Shown here: positions 19,790 through 29,565 of the stretch, in pieces
How the letters are laid out: each line of letters starts with the position of its first letter
Numbering within the stretch: the stretch's first letter is position 1
Sequence record: LR745208.1
Reading direction: 5' to 3' (one strand)
DNA length: 64,000 nt
Notes under the pieces: model-generated
What the model was told of the DNA's origin: nothing
Database searches by the model: none
What the model saw: only the letters and a program-made list of their open reading frames with translations
Made by a program: the position numbers and the translations under genes

Positions 19790-20362
19790 CTATGGATGCA
19801 ACCTTCGCCATTCGGCGAGGTCTAGGTCAGTGGGGGTGTCCTGTGAGATTCCCGTGTACTGTGTGGATCCAGATACGGGGTCCCCATAGAGAAGTTCTGG
19901 GTTCATAACAGCAGAACCAATCCCCACGGGGCTACAGACGGGCAATTCCCCCGATTCCATGCAGATGTGTTGTAATCCTAGTGCGTGGCCCAACTCGTGT
20001 CCTACGGCTGCTCGGAGGCCCAATCCACCACCCGTACAAGCAGGATCTACCTCTACAAAGTGGGTTCCAATTGTGTATTGTCCACCACCATGTTCACAGT
20101 GAGGGCCTGAGTACCAATCCCTGACCACTAGATCTGGCGAGGACCACTCTGGAACCTCAACAAACGTTGGGCCTAGGGCGTTTAGGGCTGTAAGCTCGGT
20201 CCGAAGGTCTACCAGTTGATCGGTGGACCAATCCCATGCCCCATCAAGGGATGGCCCGAAGGCGACGGTAACCCTACCATAACGAGTCTCGTCATGTTGG
20301 GAGGGTGCCACACAGGCAACTATTAGAGTGGACAGTGCAAAGGCGAGGATTGAGAGCTTCAT
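19790..20362 (-). CDS. Metzincin (matrixin-like) zinc metalloprotease lipoprotein
   Basis: Lipobox I-V-A-C17; HELGHALGLQH (HExxHxxGxxH); Met-turn SAVMNP. Confidence 0.85.
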   Translation of the reverse strand: MKLSILAFALSTLIVACVAPSQHDETRYGRVTVAFGPSLDGAWDWSTDQLVDLRTELTALNALGPTFVEVPEWSSPDLVVRDWYSGPHCEHGGGQYTIGTHFVEVDPACTGGGLGLRAAVGHELGHALGLQHICMESGELPVCSPVGIGSAVMNPELLYGDPVSGSTQYTGISQDTPTDLDLAEWRRLHP

Positions 20363-20370
20363 AATGGTCT

Positions 20371-20404
20371 GGGTCCTATAGGGCGGTTATGCGCTATAGG
20401 ACCC
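20371..20404. terminator. Hairpin between the sheath and metalloprotease genes
   Basis: GGGTCCTATAG (20371-20381) and CTATAGGACCC (20394-20404) form a perfect 11-bp inverted repeat. Confidence 0.55.
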
Positions 20405-20420
20405 TTCCTGGCGGTCACTA

Positions 20421-23400
20421 TCAGGTGCTGGTGACGCGCTGTGTGACCTGGATGTAGAGGAGTGGGAAGACTGGGGCGAAGTACGAATCCGCCAGCACAC
20501 CCGTTGGATCCTCCGGGTCTGGAATGACCGAGATGCCCTTGAAGGCTGCGATGATCTGCTCAGCGACTGCCCTCTTGTACATCTCCGAGAGCTGCCCCTC
20601 GATCTGTCCGAGAACTTGTGGCAGGAACTTCTGGCCCTTGAAGGGGTCCAGGACTGCCCTGACGCGACGTTGCATCTCGTCCGTGATCTGGATGACCGTT
20701 GGGGTCTTGGTCAGGATATTGGACATATCCGATGTCAGACCGTGGCGGACCTTGACGAATGGGGGCTTATTTTCCAGGACTGTGATGCCCTTGATCGCGA
20801 TCTGGTTTGCCGTTGTCGTGCTGAGGCGACGGCTAAGGGTGAAGCCAACCAGTTGGCGGCTCTCCCAGGGGGTTGCCGGGTCAATGGTTGGGGAGGTGGT
20901 TGCCGCTGCAAGAGCCGCAGCTGGGTACCGACCATCCACCAAGTAACTCTTCACCTTCCCAAAAACATCCGTGAGAGACACGGTTGCGATCTCTGGGTAG
21001 ACAAACCGGACACGGGTGGAGCCCGCGGTCTGGGCGATTAGGCCCACTTGGTCTGCCCTGGTACCTGCTGCGAACCCGAAGATTGCGGTACGCTCTGCCT
21101 TGAACCGGATGGACGATTGCACATCACAGTGGATAGACACGTTCTTGACAAGGTTCGCGGTTGCTGGGGTCAGGAACACCAACACTGTGGGGCTGAGTGA
21201 CCCTGGGAGGCAATCCCCCGCTGAGTCATCCATTGCCGTCAGGTAAGCTGCTTCCGATGCCTGTGAGGAACCGGTGGTCTTCTGTACCTGCATGGTACCG
21301 ATGACTGTTGACCCATTCAGGAAGGCAAGGTGTGCGGCCAGCGAGAGGGGGTTATCTGGAGAGACGGGGCCATACTCGTTGACCACGTCAGACAGCTTCG
21401 CGAAGAGCTTAGGAGTGAAGTCCGTCTTCGTGTAGTTGTAGCTGACGTAGTAGGCCTCCCCAATTGAGGGCTCCGACCCACCACGCTTGAAGGTCTCCAC
21501 CAAGGCGGTATCCCCTGCTGGGACATCAACCGTGTTGGACACTGTCAGCTCCAGGCCAGGAATGGCCAGGACTGGGATGTTGCTATCCGTGAGGATAGTT
21601 GTGGAGGACCGGAAGGTCAGGGTGGCATTTGATCCCGTTGGGTAGTCTAGGCCACCGTCTCGTGGAAGTATTGTGAAGGTGAGGCCCGTCACATCGTCCA
21701 CGTAAGTCTGTCCAACCGACCCATCCTGGCCTGTACCTGCGGTTGCGGTATTGAGGACCGAGGTGTTTGCGGATCCCGACCCATTTGTTGGATCTGAGGA
21801 CTTGACGAAGAAGCCATTGATGGCTGCCTCACCGTTCGCCCCATCACCGGATACCAGACCCAGGCCTGTTCCGGTTCGAAGTGCGTCCAGGGTTGTAGCA
21901 TTCGCGAAGGCAAAGCTTGATGCTGTGCCCAGGGTCCTGCTCTGGATGTACACGTACTCCTTGTTCGTGAGACCCACTTCGACGCCCGCAATTGCCTTGC
22001 TGGCGAAGTATCCTGCACCCACCGCTGAAGGGTCGAGAACCCATGAAGCATAGGTCTGAACGTGAGACATCAGGGTCGAAGCAACCTGCTTGGCCGTGAC
22101 ACCCGTTGCGGTTGCCACTGCACCTGTGGTGAACCCAAGGGTGGCATTGGCAGAGCCACTACCGATGATGAAGGTTGCCGTCTGTGAGAAGGAGTCTGTC
22201 CCTGCCCCGTAGATTCGGATACCAGCCCCCTCTTGAATTGCAACTGGGGTGATGGTTCCCGGCACTGCCGAAAAAGCTGCCTGGATGGTATTGAGGATTG
22301 AACCAGCTGTGGTCTTGGGACCAAGGGCCGTTAGAGTTCCTGCGCCAGATCCAGTGAACGTAACGGCGACCAACACCCCATTGACGGTGATATTGAAGAC
22401 ATTATTCGCCGGGAAGCTAGGATCGCTGCCATCATAGAAGCGAACCACTGGCATGCCATCTCTGGCATCCGCGAAGCCGGTTCCAATTCCATCAACCCAT
22501 CCTGGCACTCCCAGGAAAGTTGGCCCCAAGGCTGTTCCTCGATAGGCTGCCTCCCCGGTTGCTCCTGCTGGTAGACCCGCCTTTACTGCCCCTGTCCCAC
22601 CCTGTGAGGCAAGGCCTGTAATGGACAGGGCGTGGAATGGTGCAAGGGATCCGGCACCGGGCATGATACGATTGCGTAGGATCAGGCGATCGTATGGAAG
22701 TCGCCCACCCGTTGTTGCAACTGTGTGTCGGGTAGCAATTGGACCACTGTAGAGCTTGGTCTGTGCTCCGGCGGCAGCTGCCGCTGTATCGATACCAGCG
22801 ATAATTGCGAAGTCTCGGGCAGGAGTACCACCAACGATAAACTCCAGAACACCCGAGGCATCACCGGCTGCTTGGGTGAGGGTGAACCGCATCTTGCTGT
22901 CTGCGGTTGCCGTACACACGATGGCCAACCCCAGGAAGGGGGCTGCCAAGAGACCCACTGCGATTGCAATCTGAGCGGATATCTCTGCCGCCAAGGTGGC
23001 TGCGGTGTAGGTGGCTGGGGTCAGGGTCACTGTCTGGCTACCCGAAGTACCCGATGTGGCACCCGTGTAGTTAAACATGAGACGGTCATACTCGTTGATA
23101 GTAACCGTGTACCCCTGTGCGAAACTACCCGCTGCCGTGTAGTAGGGGTCCGCTGCCCCACCCGCAATAGCTGCTGCGTTGATGGCAGTAGCATATGCCG
23201 CGACCGTCACAGCACCTGCGGCTGAGGTAGCCGTGAGGGAAACCCCATCCACAAGCACCGAGACCACGTCATCCACACCGGCCACCACAGTGTAAGTGGT
23301 CTCACCGGATGCCGCAGTGTAGGCAACCTCACCACCCAGAAGAGAAGCAAAAGCTCCCGCACGTCCAACACCCGAGGGGAGAGTCAGATCAATACCACCC

Positions 23401-25379
23401 ACCCCACCCGTGCTGCCTGCGACACCATCGATGGTAACTCGAAGGTTGCTGGACTGTCCAGGAACCGTGAAGTAGGGCCCGGATGCTGGGAATGTGAACC
23501 GGGCTGGAGTCGTATCGGAAGTCTCGAACCGGACCACCACAGTCTCGTCGATTGGTGTACCCCCCTCGATGCGGGCATCTGGGAACAGCTCAGATCCCGA
23601 AGGGAAATTCACTGTTACCGTTGCAAGGTCGGTGCCCTTTGAGGTAAGAGTCACGCCGTATTTTGAGCGGCTGAGACCGTCTACGAGCGAGTAGGTACCC
23701 ACTCCCGAAGTACCAGGAGTCACACAGGTCAGTGTGTATCCACGAGACGACCCTACAAACGCCTGATCAACCAGGGTGTTGTAGTAGAAGGTGGCGTACA
23801 CCGTGGCTCCCTCAGGAACCTCAGAACCCAGGGTGATTGTCGACGTTTCGCTGTCAACCTTGAGAACCGTGACTGCACCACGATTCAGGGCATCCAGCAC
23901 CCCAAAGCCCCAGTAAGCTGTTACCAGCTCTGGCTGATCGGTCGGGAGGTCCATCCGGTCATTGGCCACTGTCAGGTACATCGAGGATCCGAGGGGATTG
24001 CTCCGGCCGTTTCCTGTCGTGGGCTGGAAAGCAAGCTGGAACTGTGTGCGGCTCTCAACCGAGACGTTACCAGAGGTTACCAGTACCGTGCTGCATGGAG
24101 AGAGGTATGCCCGATTGTCCACAAGGCTGGCGGTCACCTGGGTCGAACCGAAAGCCGTAAACCCTTCCGTGTGCAAGCCTGAAGACACCAGGGAAGCTGT
24201 TCCCCAAAGGATTGTGTCATTCTTGAGGATGTAGTCCGAGCCCTGGATGAAAACACCAGCACCGTTGCTGTTGGGAGTAATTGCAGCACGAGTGATTGCT
24301 GAGATCCCTGTGTTTGCCAAGTAATCGAAAGTGTCTTGCCACGTATTGAAGTAGTACTGGATGGTGACCGTGCTGCCCACAACTGGAGCCGCAGGAAGGG
24401 TCACCGCTCGGGTACGACCATCAACCGAAGTGGCCGTTACTGCCACCCCGTCCACTTCGACCACCAGATCGGCTGGATTCGTGGAAGTAACGCCACCACC
24501 GTCGCCGGTCACAATTGGGCCATTGAACACGTAGAAGGTACGGTTTCGAGCCGTCGACTGATTGGCCACGAAACCGAGAACCCCATTCGCGTTCCCGTCA
24601 CCCAGAACAATCGAAACATCCGCGGTCAAACGAATGCAAACCCGCCCAAGGTAGTTGGTATAGGCTGTTGCTACCAGGGACCCGATACCCGAGGCACCGT
24701 TGATCGTTGCCACCACCACTGCCGCTGTGAAACTGACAGCACTCGTGGGCATCGTGATGCTGACTTGGGCCAGACCATCCACGGCAACCTTGAAGGTATC
24801 TGTCGTGCTCAGCACAAACGCGAAGTTCTCTCCCGTTTGGCCATCTAGAATAGCTGCGGTTGTGGTCACCTGAGACGAAACGTCATCGGTCACCTGTGTA
24901 TCCGTACGGTCGAAGAAGTAGGTGCAGAGCACCACATCCGTTGCAAGTGGGTACTCAGAGATCTCAACCAAACCCGTTGCTGAGTCCAGACCTAGCACCA
25001 CAATGGCGTCACCATTCACCGTGACGGACACGGCCGAGGTATCCGTTGCAGCTGTTCCCGTACCGTCCCCAGAGACGATCGGGAAGTTCTTCACCTGGAA
25101 GCGATTGGACGTCCCGTCAAACGCCCCAAGGGTAATTGACCCATCGGGGTTGACAGAAACCACCATCCTATCGGCTTCATCCTCGCTGACAATCTGCTGG
25201 TCCACCGTCGAGGAACTCCCACGAACTACTGGGAGGTTGCTCTGTGACAGTGTCTCCAATCCCGTTCCAATGAACAGGGGAAGAACTGGAGGAACCGAGG
25301 GAGGAACTGGAGGAGCCCCGAAAAAGGTCTGTGTGTAGACACCGGGAGGGGCATAACCGCCGTTTAGCAAACTTGGCAT
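20421..25379 (-). CDS. Tail sheath protein, unusually large (1652 aa)
   Basis: N-terminus MPSLLNGGYAPPGVYTQT; C-terminal sheath domain (VNEYGPVSPDNPLSLAAHLAFLNGS, GITVLE, FKGQKFLP, FAPVFPLLYIQVT); upstream of the tube. Start placed at ATG 25379. Confidence 0.85.
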   Translation of the reverse strand: MPSLLNGGYAPPGVYTQTFFGAPPVPPSVPPVLPLFIGTGLETLSQSNLPVVRGSSSTVDQQIVSEDEADRMVVSVNPDGSITLGAFDGTSNRFQVKNFPIVSGDGTGTAATDTSAVSVTVNGDAIVVLGLDSATGLVEISEYPLATDVVLCTYFFDRTDTQVTDDVSSQVTTTAAILDGQTGENFAFVLSTTDTFKVAVDGLAQVSITMPTSAVSFTAAVVVATINGASGIGSLVATAYTNYLGRVCIRLTADVSIVLGDGNANGVLGFVANQSTARNRTFYVFNGPIVTGDGGGVTSTNPADLVVEVDGVAVTATSVDGRTRAVTLPAAPVVGSTVTIQYYFNTWQDTFDYLANTGISAITRAAITPNSNGAGVFIQGSDYILKNDTILWGTASLVSSGLHTEGFTAFGSTQVTASLVDNRAYLSPCSTVLVTSGNVSVESRTQFQLAFQPTTGNGRSNPLGSSMYLTVANDRMDLPTDQPELVTAYWGFGVLDALNRGAVTVLKVDSETSTITLGSEVPEGATVYATFYYNTLVDQAFVGSSRGYTLTCVTPGTSGVGTYSLVDGLSRSKYGVTLTSKGTDLATVTVNFPSGSELFPDARIEGGTPIDETVVVRFETSDTTPARFTFPASGPYFTVPGQSSNLRVTIDGVAGSTGGVGGIDLTLPSGVGRAGAFASLLGGEVAYTAASGETTYTVVAGVDDVVSVLVDGVSLTATSAAGAVTVAAYATAINAAAIAGGAADPYYTAAGSFAQGYTVTINEYDRLMFNYTGATSGTSGSQTVTLTPATYTAATLAAEISAQIAIAVGLLAAPFLGLAIVCTATADSKMRFTLTQAAGDASGVLEFIVGGTPARDFAIIAGIDTAAAAAGAQTKLYSGPIATRHTVATTGGRLPYDRLILRNRIMPGAGSLAPFHALSITGLASQGGTGAVKAGLPAGATGEAAYRGTALGPTFLGVPGWVDGIGTGFADARDGMPVVRFYDGSDPSFPANNVFNITVNGVLVAVTFTGSGAGTLTALGPKTTAGSILNTIQAAFSAVPGTITPVAIQEGAGIRIYGAGTDSFSQTATFIIGSGSANATLGFTTGAVATATGVTAKQVASTLMSHVQTYASWVLDPSAVGAGYFASKAIAGVEVGLTNKEYVYIQSRTLGTASSFAFANATTLDALRTGTGLGLVSGDGANGEAAINGFFVKSSDPTNGSGSANTSVLNTATAGTGQDGSVGQTYVDDVTGLTFTILPRDGGLDYPTGSNATLTFRSSTTILTDSNIPVLAIPGLELTVSNTVDVPAGDTALVETFKRGGSEPSIGEAYYVSYNYTKTDFTPKLFAKLSDVVNEYGPVSPDNPLSLAAHLAFLNGSTVIGTMQVQKTTGSSQASEAAYLTAMDDSAGDCLPGSLSPTVLVFLTPATANLVKNVSIHCDVQSSIRFKAERTAIFGFAAGTRADQVGLIAQTAGSTRVRFVYPEIATVSLTDVFGKVKSYLVDGRYPAAALAAATTSPTIDPATPWESRQLVGFTLSRRLSTTTANQIAIKGITVLENKPPFVKVRHGLTSDMSNILTKTPTVIQITDEMQRRVRAVLDPFKGQKFLPQVLGQIEGQLSEMYKRAVAEQIIAAFKGISVIPDPEDPTGVLADSYFAPVFPLLYIQVTQRVTST

Positions 25380-25473
25380 TGGGAGTCTCCAGAGGGAAGG
25401 AAAGCGGCGAAAGCTCAAATGGTAGACCTGGAGAATCCTGGTCCAAGGGAAAGCTCACGACACAACCGCTCTA

Positions 25474-25833
25474 CTAGACTCGCCAGTATATACTGGATAC
25501 CGGGACCGGAACTTGTTGGTAGAGAATGGTGGGGATCTCGGTTCCAATAATTGTTATGCTTCCAGTTGTGTCCCCAGTATATACCGCTGGCCTACACTGT
25601 GCACACACGCACATGCATACGGTCCCGCAGTGGCATCCCGTCAACTGCACAGAAGTAGGTGACACCGGAAATGCTTGGTACTTCAAGTACCAAAAGTCAT
25701 CCTGTGGGCCTACCTGTGTCTCAACCACACCGAGACCTCCACATGGCTTACACTTGGTGAACTTACTGGGCTTCGCCCGATGAGGACGAGTTCCATAACC
25801 ATCACAAACCATACACTTTTCCATGACTTGCAC
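25474..25833 (-). CDS. Small Cys-rich zinc-binding protein with two DnaJ-type CxxCxGxG motifs
   Basis: CMVCDGYG and CKPCGGLG, plus CHCGTVCMCVCAQC. Confidence 0.55.
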   Translation of the reverse strand: MQVMEKCMVCDGYGTRPHRAKPSKFTKCKPCGGLGVVETQVGPQDDFWYLKYQAFPVSPTSVQLTGCHCGTVCMCVCAQCRPAVYTGDTTGSITIIGTEIPTILYQQVPVPVSSIYWRV

Positions 25834-25835
25834 CC

Positions 25836-26276
25836 CTACTTGAAAGGAACCTTCTTCAGAATCGGATGGGCGTCTAACACTTTGAAGTGGAATTCCCTGG
25901 ATCGCTCACTGGCAGCCCGTTCCTCGGGGGCCATCACCCGATAGCTACCATCGGCTTGTTTGGACAGGTCGAACCCTGTGGCCCCCTTGTTGGCGCTAAT
26001 CACGTCCAGTTTGTCCCGTTGTCTGGCAGCAATCCCCTGCCAGTTCTTCCTGGATGACTCCCCAACCGCCCGGTCGAAGTTGTAGTCCACCCCAGATAGA
26101 CCCGTAGTCGGAGGACCTAGCCCCTGAACGTTACCTGACACCGAGACATGGATCCCTTGGGGCAGTGTTCGCTTAGCTACCTTCCCGCAGTCACACTTGT
26201 ACTCCAGGACCTCAGCCCCTGCTCTTGCTGTGAAGCTCAACCCGCAGGCATTGCATTGAAAACGATAGGTAGGCAC
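25836..26276 (-). CDS. FmdB-family zinc-ribbon protein
   Basis: MPTYRFQCNACGLSF...CDCG..AKR N-terminal signature. Confidence 0.75.
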   Translation of the reverse strand: MPTYRFQCNACGLSFTARAGAEVLEYKCDCGKVAKRTLPQGIHVSVSGNVQGLGPPTTGLSGVDYNFDRAVGESSRKNWQGIAARQRDKLDVISANKGATGFDLSKQADGSYRVMAPEERAASERSREFHFKVLDAHPILKKVPFK

Positions 26277-26278
26277 GG

Positions 26279-27397
26279 TTAGGCCACCGTTGGGTAGGCA
26301 AACTTGGTGGTAAAGAAGGGATCCCGGAACCCTGCCAAGGTCAGCTCAGGTGGAAGAGTGGCTACCGTTTCATCATAGGAGAGAATTCTTGGGAGGATCG
26401 GCTCAAACAGGAACCAGTCTGTCTGCATGGTCATTGACAAGGTGGAGTTGTAGAAATAGTCATCCCCATTCTCATCATAGACTTCCTCACTCTCACCACT
26501 CATGGTGACATCGGAAATGTCTACCCCCTGATCCACCACATTGGGCCTGAGGTTGGCCCAAAGGTACATGGCCGTCTGGTCCGCAATCTCCATCTGGGAT
26601 TCCACATCCCGGGCAATGATGTCAATGTCCACAGACACTTCCCACCGCCCGCCATACTCCAGACAGGCATCCTCCCTCTTACGGGATACCAGCACCGCAA
26701 ACCGGTCGCCTACCTGAAGCTTCCTTCCGAAAACCAACACACATCCAGGAATAGGCTTGTTGTACCCCTTCAAAGTCTCAATATCCCAAGGTCCAGTGGC
26801 AGTTCCAGGATATCTATAGTCCACCACAATTGAGATCCCACGCACGATGGGGGTCCGCAACAAAATGGTAACCCCGTCTTCACCGATGGTGTAGTCCGTC
26901 TCCGGCCGGAGCAACTTTCCACTGGGCTGCTCAAACAGCCTCAAGCTACCTGGATATGGGACCTGCTGAAGCACTGCCTCGGCATTGGTCACCATGGACA
27001 GAGGCTCATTCCGTACCTCCAACAGGGGATCTATGAAGAGCTGAGGACCCTCCTCAACGGAACAGTAATAGATGCCGGGTTCCGACGGGAACAGGGCTCC
27101 ATTTTGCTCAATTGCTATGCCATCTTCTCGAACCCACTCCACTGAGGACCCGGGATACCCTGGGATCTTGGCAAGGGTCACATGGCTCTGCTGCACTCCA
27201 ATGAAGTTGTCTGGAGACAGTTGCACCTTACTGGCAGATCCCGTCTTGACGATGATTCCATACTGGGGGCGCTCCTCAAAAGAGTACTTACCCTGGATGT
27301 TGTCAACCAGATCCTGATACTCTGGGTGTGTAGACCAGTACGCCCTAAGGTTCCGGATAATCAGTTTCTTCGTGGCGGAGGACAGAAAAAAGTACAT
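26279..27397 (-). CDS. Tail terminator/completion-like protein with inserted beta domain (372 aa)
   Basis: EVSVDIDIIARDVESQMEIADQTAMYL and YFYNSTLSMTMQTDW fit a tail-terminator-like fold; located between neck and sheath. Confidence 0.45.
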   Translation of the reverse strand: MYFFLSSATKKLIIRNLRAYWSTHPEYQDLVDNIQGKYSFEERPQYGIIVKTGSASKVQLSPDNFIGVQQSHVTLAKIPGYPGSSVEWVREDGIAIEQNGALFPSEPGIYYCSVEEGPQLFIDPLLEVRNEPLSMVTNAEAVLQQVPYPGSLRLFEQPSGKLLRPETDYTIGEDGVTILLRTPIVRGISIVVDYRYPGTATGPWDIETLKGYNKPIPGCVLVFGRKLQVGDRFAVLVSRKREDACLEYGGRWEVSVDIDIIARDVESQMEIADQTAMYLWANLRPNVVDQGVDISDVTMSGESEEVYDENGDDYFYNSTLSMTMQTDWFLFEPILPRILSYDETVATLPPELTLAGFRDPFFTTKFAYPTVA

Positions 27398-27410
27398 AGG
27401 TTTCGACTAC

Positions 27411-28454
27411 TTAATATTCCTGGCTGGCTTGCACTAAGAGTCCATGTGCCACTGCATTGAGGGGGTCACTGGCTGCTCGAATCTCACTGATCTGAATGGG
27501 GAACTTCTTCCTCTTCCGGTCAAACACTGACTTGAACAGTTCCAGGAACCCCCCTGCCTTGGATGTGCCACCCGACACGACCATTGGGATGGGATTCGGA
27601 AGCGCAAACCTGCCTTGAATGGTCTGAAACTGAAGAGCAATCTGATCAATGGTGTACTCAATCAGGTTCCGAAAATAGAAGACCAAGGCTTCCTGCTCAC
27701 GGCCCACAGGAGCATTCAGGTCAATGCCCTTTTCCTTGATGGCACACATCCTGGCTTGAGTGCCACCAATGGACTTTGCCGCCCCTGCGTCGATAAAGTC
27801 CCCTCCCCGGGCAACCGAAAAAGACAGCCCCTCAATCGTGTTGATTGCGAGAGCACAATTTGTCATACCGGATCCATAACTTAGGGCAACTGCTGAGAAA
27901 TTCTCCTTAGCTGTCTCCGCAAAAACCAGAGACATGGCCTCATTCGCCGCCGTAGGGGTGTAGCCACATTCCCGAACGATCTTCTCCAGGACACCACGGT
28001 GATAGATCACATCCTGTCCGGGACGGTCCACAGGGGCGGCAGGAACCGAGAAGTAGCAATGCTCGTTTGGTACCTTAGGCTCCCCCAAGACATTCTTGAT
28101 CAGGAGCCCTAGCACTTCCATGGCATCAATGTCTGACGAGGACATCAACCCAGCGGCAAGGGGCCTACGAGCCTCCTTGCCGAAAATGTTGGCTGTGTCC
28201 AGGGCGGCATCCCCCAAAATCAGAAGCTCATCATCTCGCTCCACATAGCTCACGTTAGCGAGCTTCAGCATCTTCTTGGATTCCAGAGGAAGCTCCAGGA
28301 AGGCATCCCGAATACGGCGGGTCTCAATGCCCTTGTCCGTACGACGGGCAGCCACAATATTCATGGTCCCCACGTCTAAACCCGCGGATAAATTGGTCTT
28401 TTCACCCAGGTCCCCTGCAATGCTCTCCAGGATGTCATTCTTTGGTCGTGCCAT
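27411..28454 (-). CDS. Actin-fold ATPase (MreB/MamK/ParM-like)
   Basis: Phosphate-1 GLDVGTMN, RRPLAAG, connect-1 EAMSLV, phosphate-2 LSYGSGMT, adenosine VVSGGTS, connect-2 PLNAVAHG. Confidence 0.8.
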   Translation of the reverse strand: MARPKNDILESIAGDLGEKTNLSAGLDVGTMNIVAARRTDKGIETRRIRDAFLELPLESKKMLKLANVSYVERDDELLILGDAALDTANIFGKEARRPLAAGLMSSSDIDAMEVLGLLIKNVLGEPKVPNEHCYFSVPAAPVDRPGQDVIYHRGVLEKIVRECGYTPTAANEAMSLVFAETAKENFSAVALSYGSGMTNCALAINTIEGLSFSVARGGDFIDAGAAKSIGGTQARMCAIKEKGIDLNAPVGREQEALVFYFRNLIEYTIDQIALQFQTIQGRFALPNPIPMVVSGGTSKAGGFLELFKSVFDRKRKKFPIQISEIRAASDPLNAVAHGLLVQASQEY

Positions 28455-29058
28455 GGCTCTTCTTCCGTACTGCCTTCAGTGCACCCATTGCATCGGATAC
28501 CCCGACATCGGAAGCACTCTCTGACAATACCGTCAAAGACACATCTTGAGTCCCACTGCCCGTCAGATTTGAAGGAATGAACATCACATCATCCCCAGCA
28601 TTGTTATCCCCCTGTGGCTTACTGATAGGTCCCATCCCCTGCACTTGTTGCAGTAATGCCAGGACGGGTCCCATATCCACGGGAGTCGCCCTAGGGGCTT
28701 TGGCCAAATCTTGACGTAGACCCCTAATCTCTGCCACCAAGTCACCCATAACCCCCACAAAAGGGGTCATGTCCACCTGAGGGGGTACCACAACTTGGGG
28801 CACCACGGGTCGGGCCCTGGGAGACTGAGATGTCACCGTATCTGAGGACACATTCTCTTGTGTCCGTATGGCCGCAAACCGAAGGGTCTGGGTTACTACG
28901 GTTCCATCGATTTTGGCGTTCTTCAGGTCTCTAGACTGCTCCGCTGCGGTCAGGGAGACATAGGCCCGGGATCCCCGAGTCATATGGATCCCCAAGTCCC
29001 TCAAATGGACAGCATCTGTAATGCAAGTGATTGTGACTTCAGGTGAATTTGTAGTCAT
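28435..29058 (-). CDS. Hypothetical protein (207 aa)
   Basis: ORF coupled to its neighbours; no recognised motif. Confidence 0.55.
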   Translation of the reverse strand: MTTNSPEVTITCITDAVHLRDLGIHMTRGSRAYVSLTAAEQSRDLKNAKIDGTVVTQTLRFAAIRTQENVSSDTVTSQSPRARPVVPQVVVPPQVDMTPFVGVMGDLVAEIRGLRQDLAKAPRATPVDMGPVLALLQQVQGMGPISKPQGDNNAGDDVMFIPSNLTGSGTQDVSLTVLSESASDVGVSDAMGALKAVRKKSHGTTKE

Positions 29059-29064
29059 GTGGAT

Positions 29065-29565
29065 TTACCGAAGGTTCTGGAACGCCATTGGCAATGCTCG
29101 CCCAATGAAGTTCTTGACACATTCCTGTTTGGCCCGTCGAAAGGCCCTTTGAATGAAGCTGTGCTTGGCAATTTTGGGGTGAATCCAAGCCGTTGCCGTG
29201 GTCAAGGGGGCCGTTCGGATCGAGATGGACCCATCCCTATTCCGCAACGGGACCTTGTTGACCCCCTTCTCCTGTGTTAGCCACGCCATTTTGTAGGGAC
29301 CCTTCGTCCCCTCTACGATGATACCCAACCACTCCCAATTCGAGTAGATGACCACCATGTCATCCTCTACCTTGTAGGAAAAACTGGAGTAGAAATCCTG
29401 GTCCCTAGGAATGAATGTGCTCTTTGCAGCATCCTTGTGGGCTTCCTCTTTAATGTACTTGACCCATGCCTTGCCAAAAACCATAAGGTCCCTACGATCG
29501 GCCTTAAGGGTATCTTCCAGAGAGGGCTTGGGTGCCCTCCCTTTGGGCTTATTGGAGATCGCCAC
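29065..29565 (-). CDS. HK97 gp10-like neck/tail-completion protein
   Basis: Basic 166-aa protein with IIVEGTKG and C-terminal WIHPKIAKHSFIQRAF; neck position. Confidence 0.4.
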   Translation of the reverse strand: MAISNKPKGRAPKPSLEDTLKADRRDLMVFGKAWVKYIKEEAHKDAAKSTFIPRDQDFYSSFSYKVEDDMVVIYSNWEWLGIIVEGTKGPYKMAWLTQEKGVNKVPLRNRDGSISIRTAPLTTATAWIHPKIAKHSFIQRAFRRAKQECVKNFIGRALPMAFQNLR

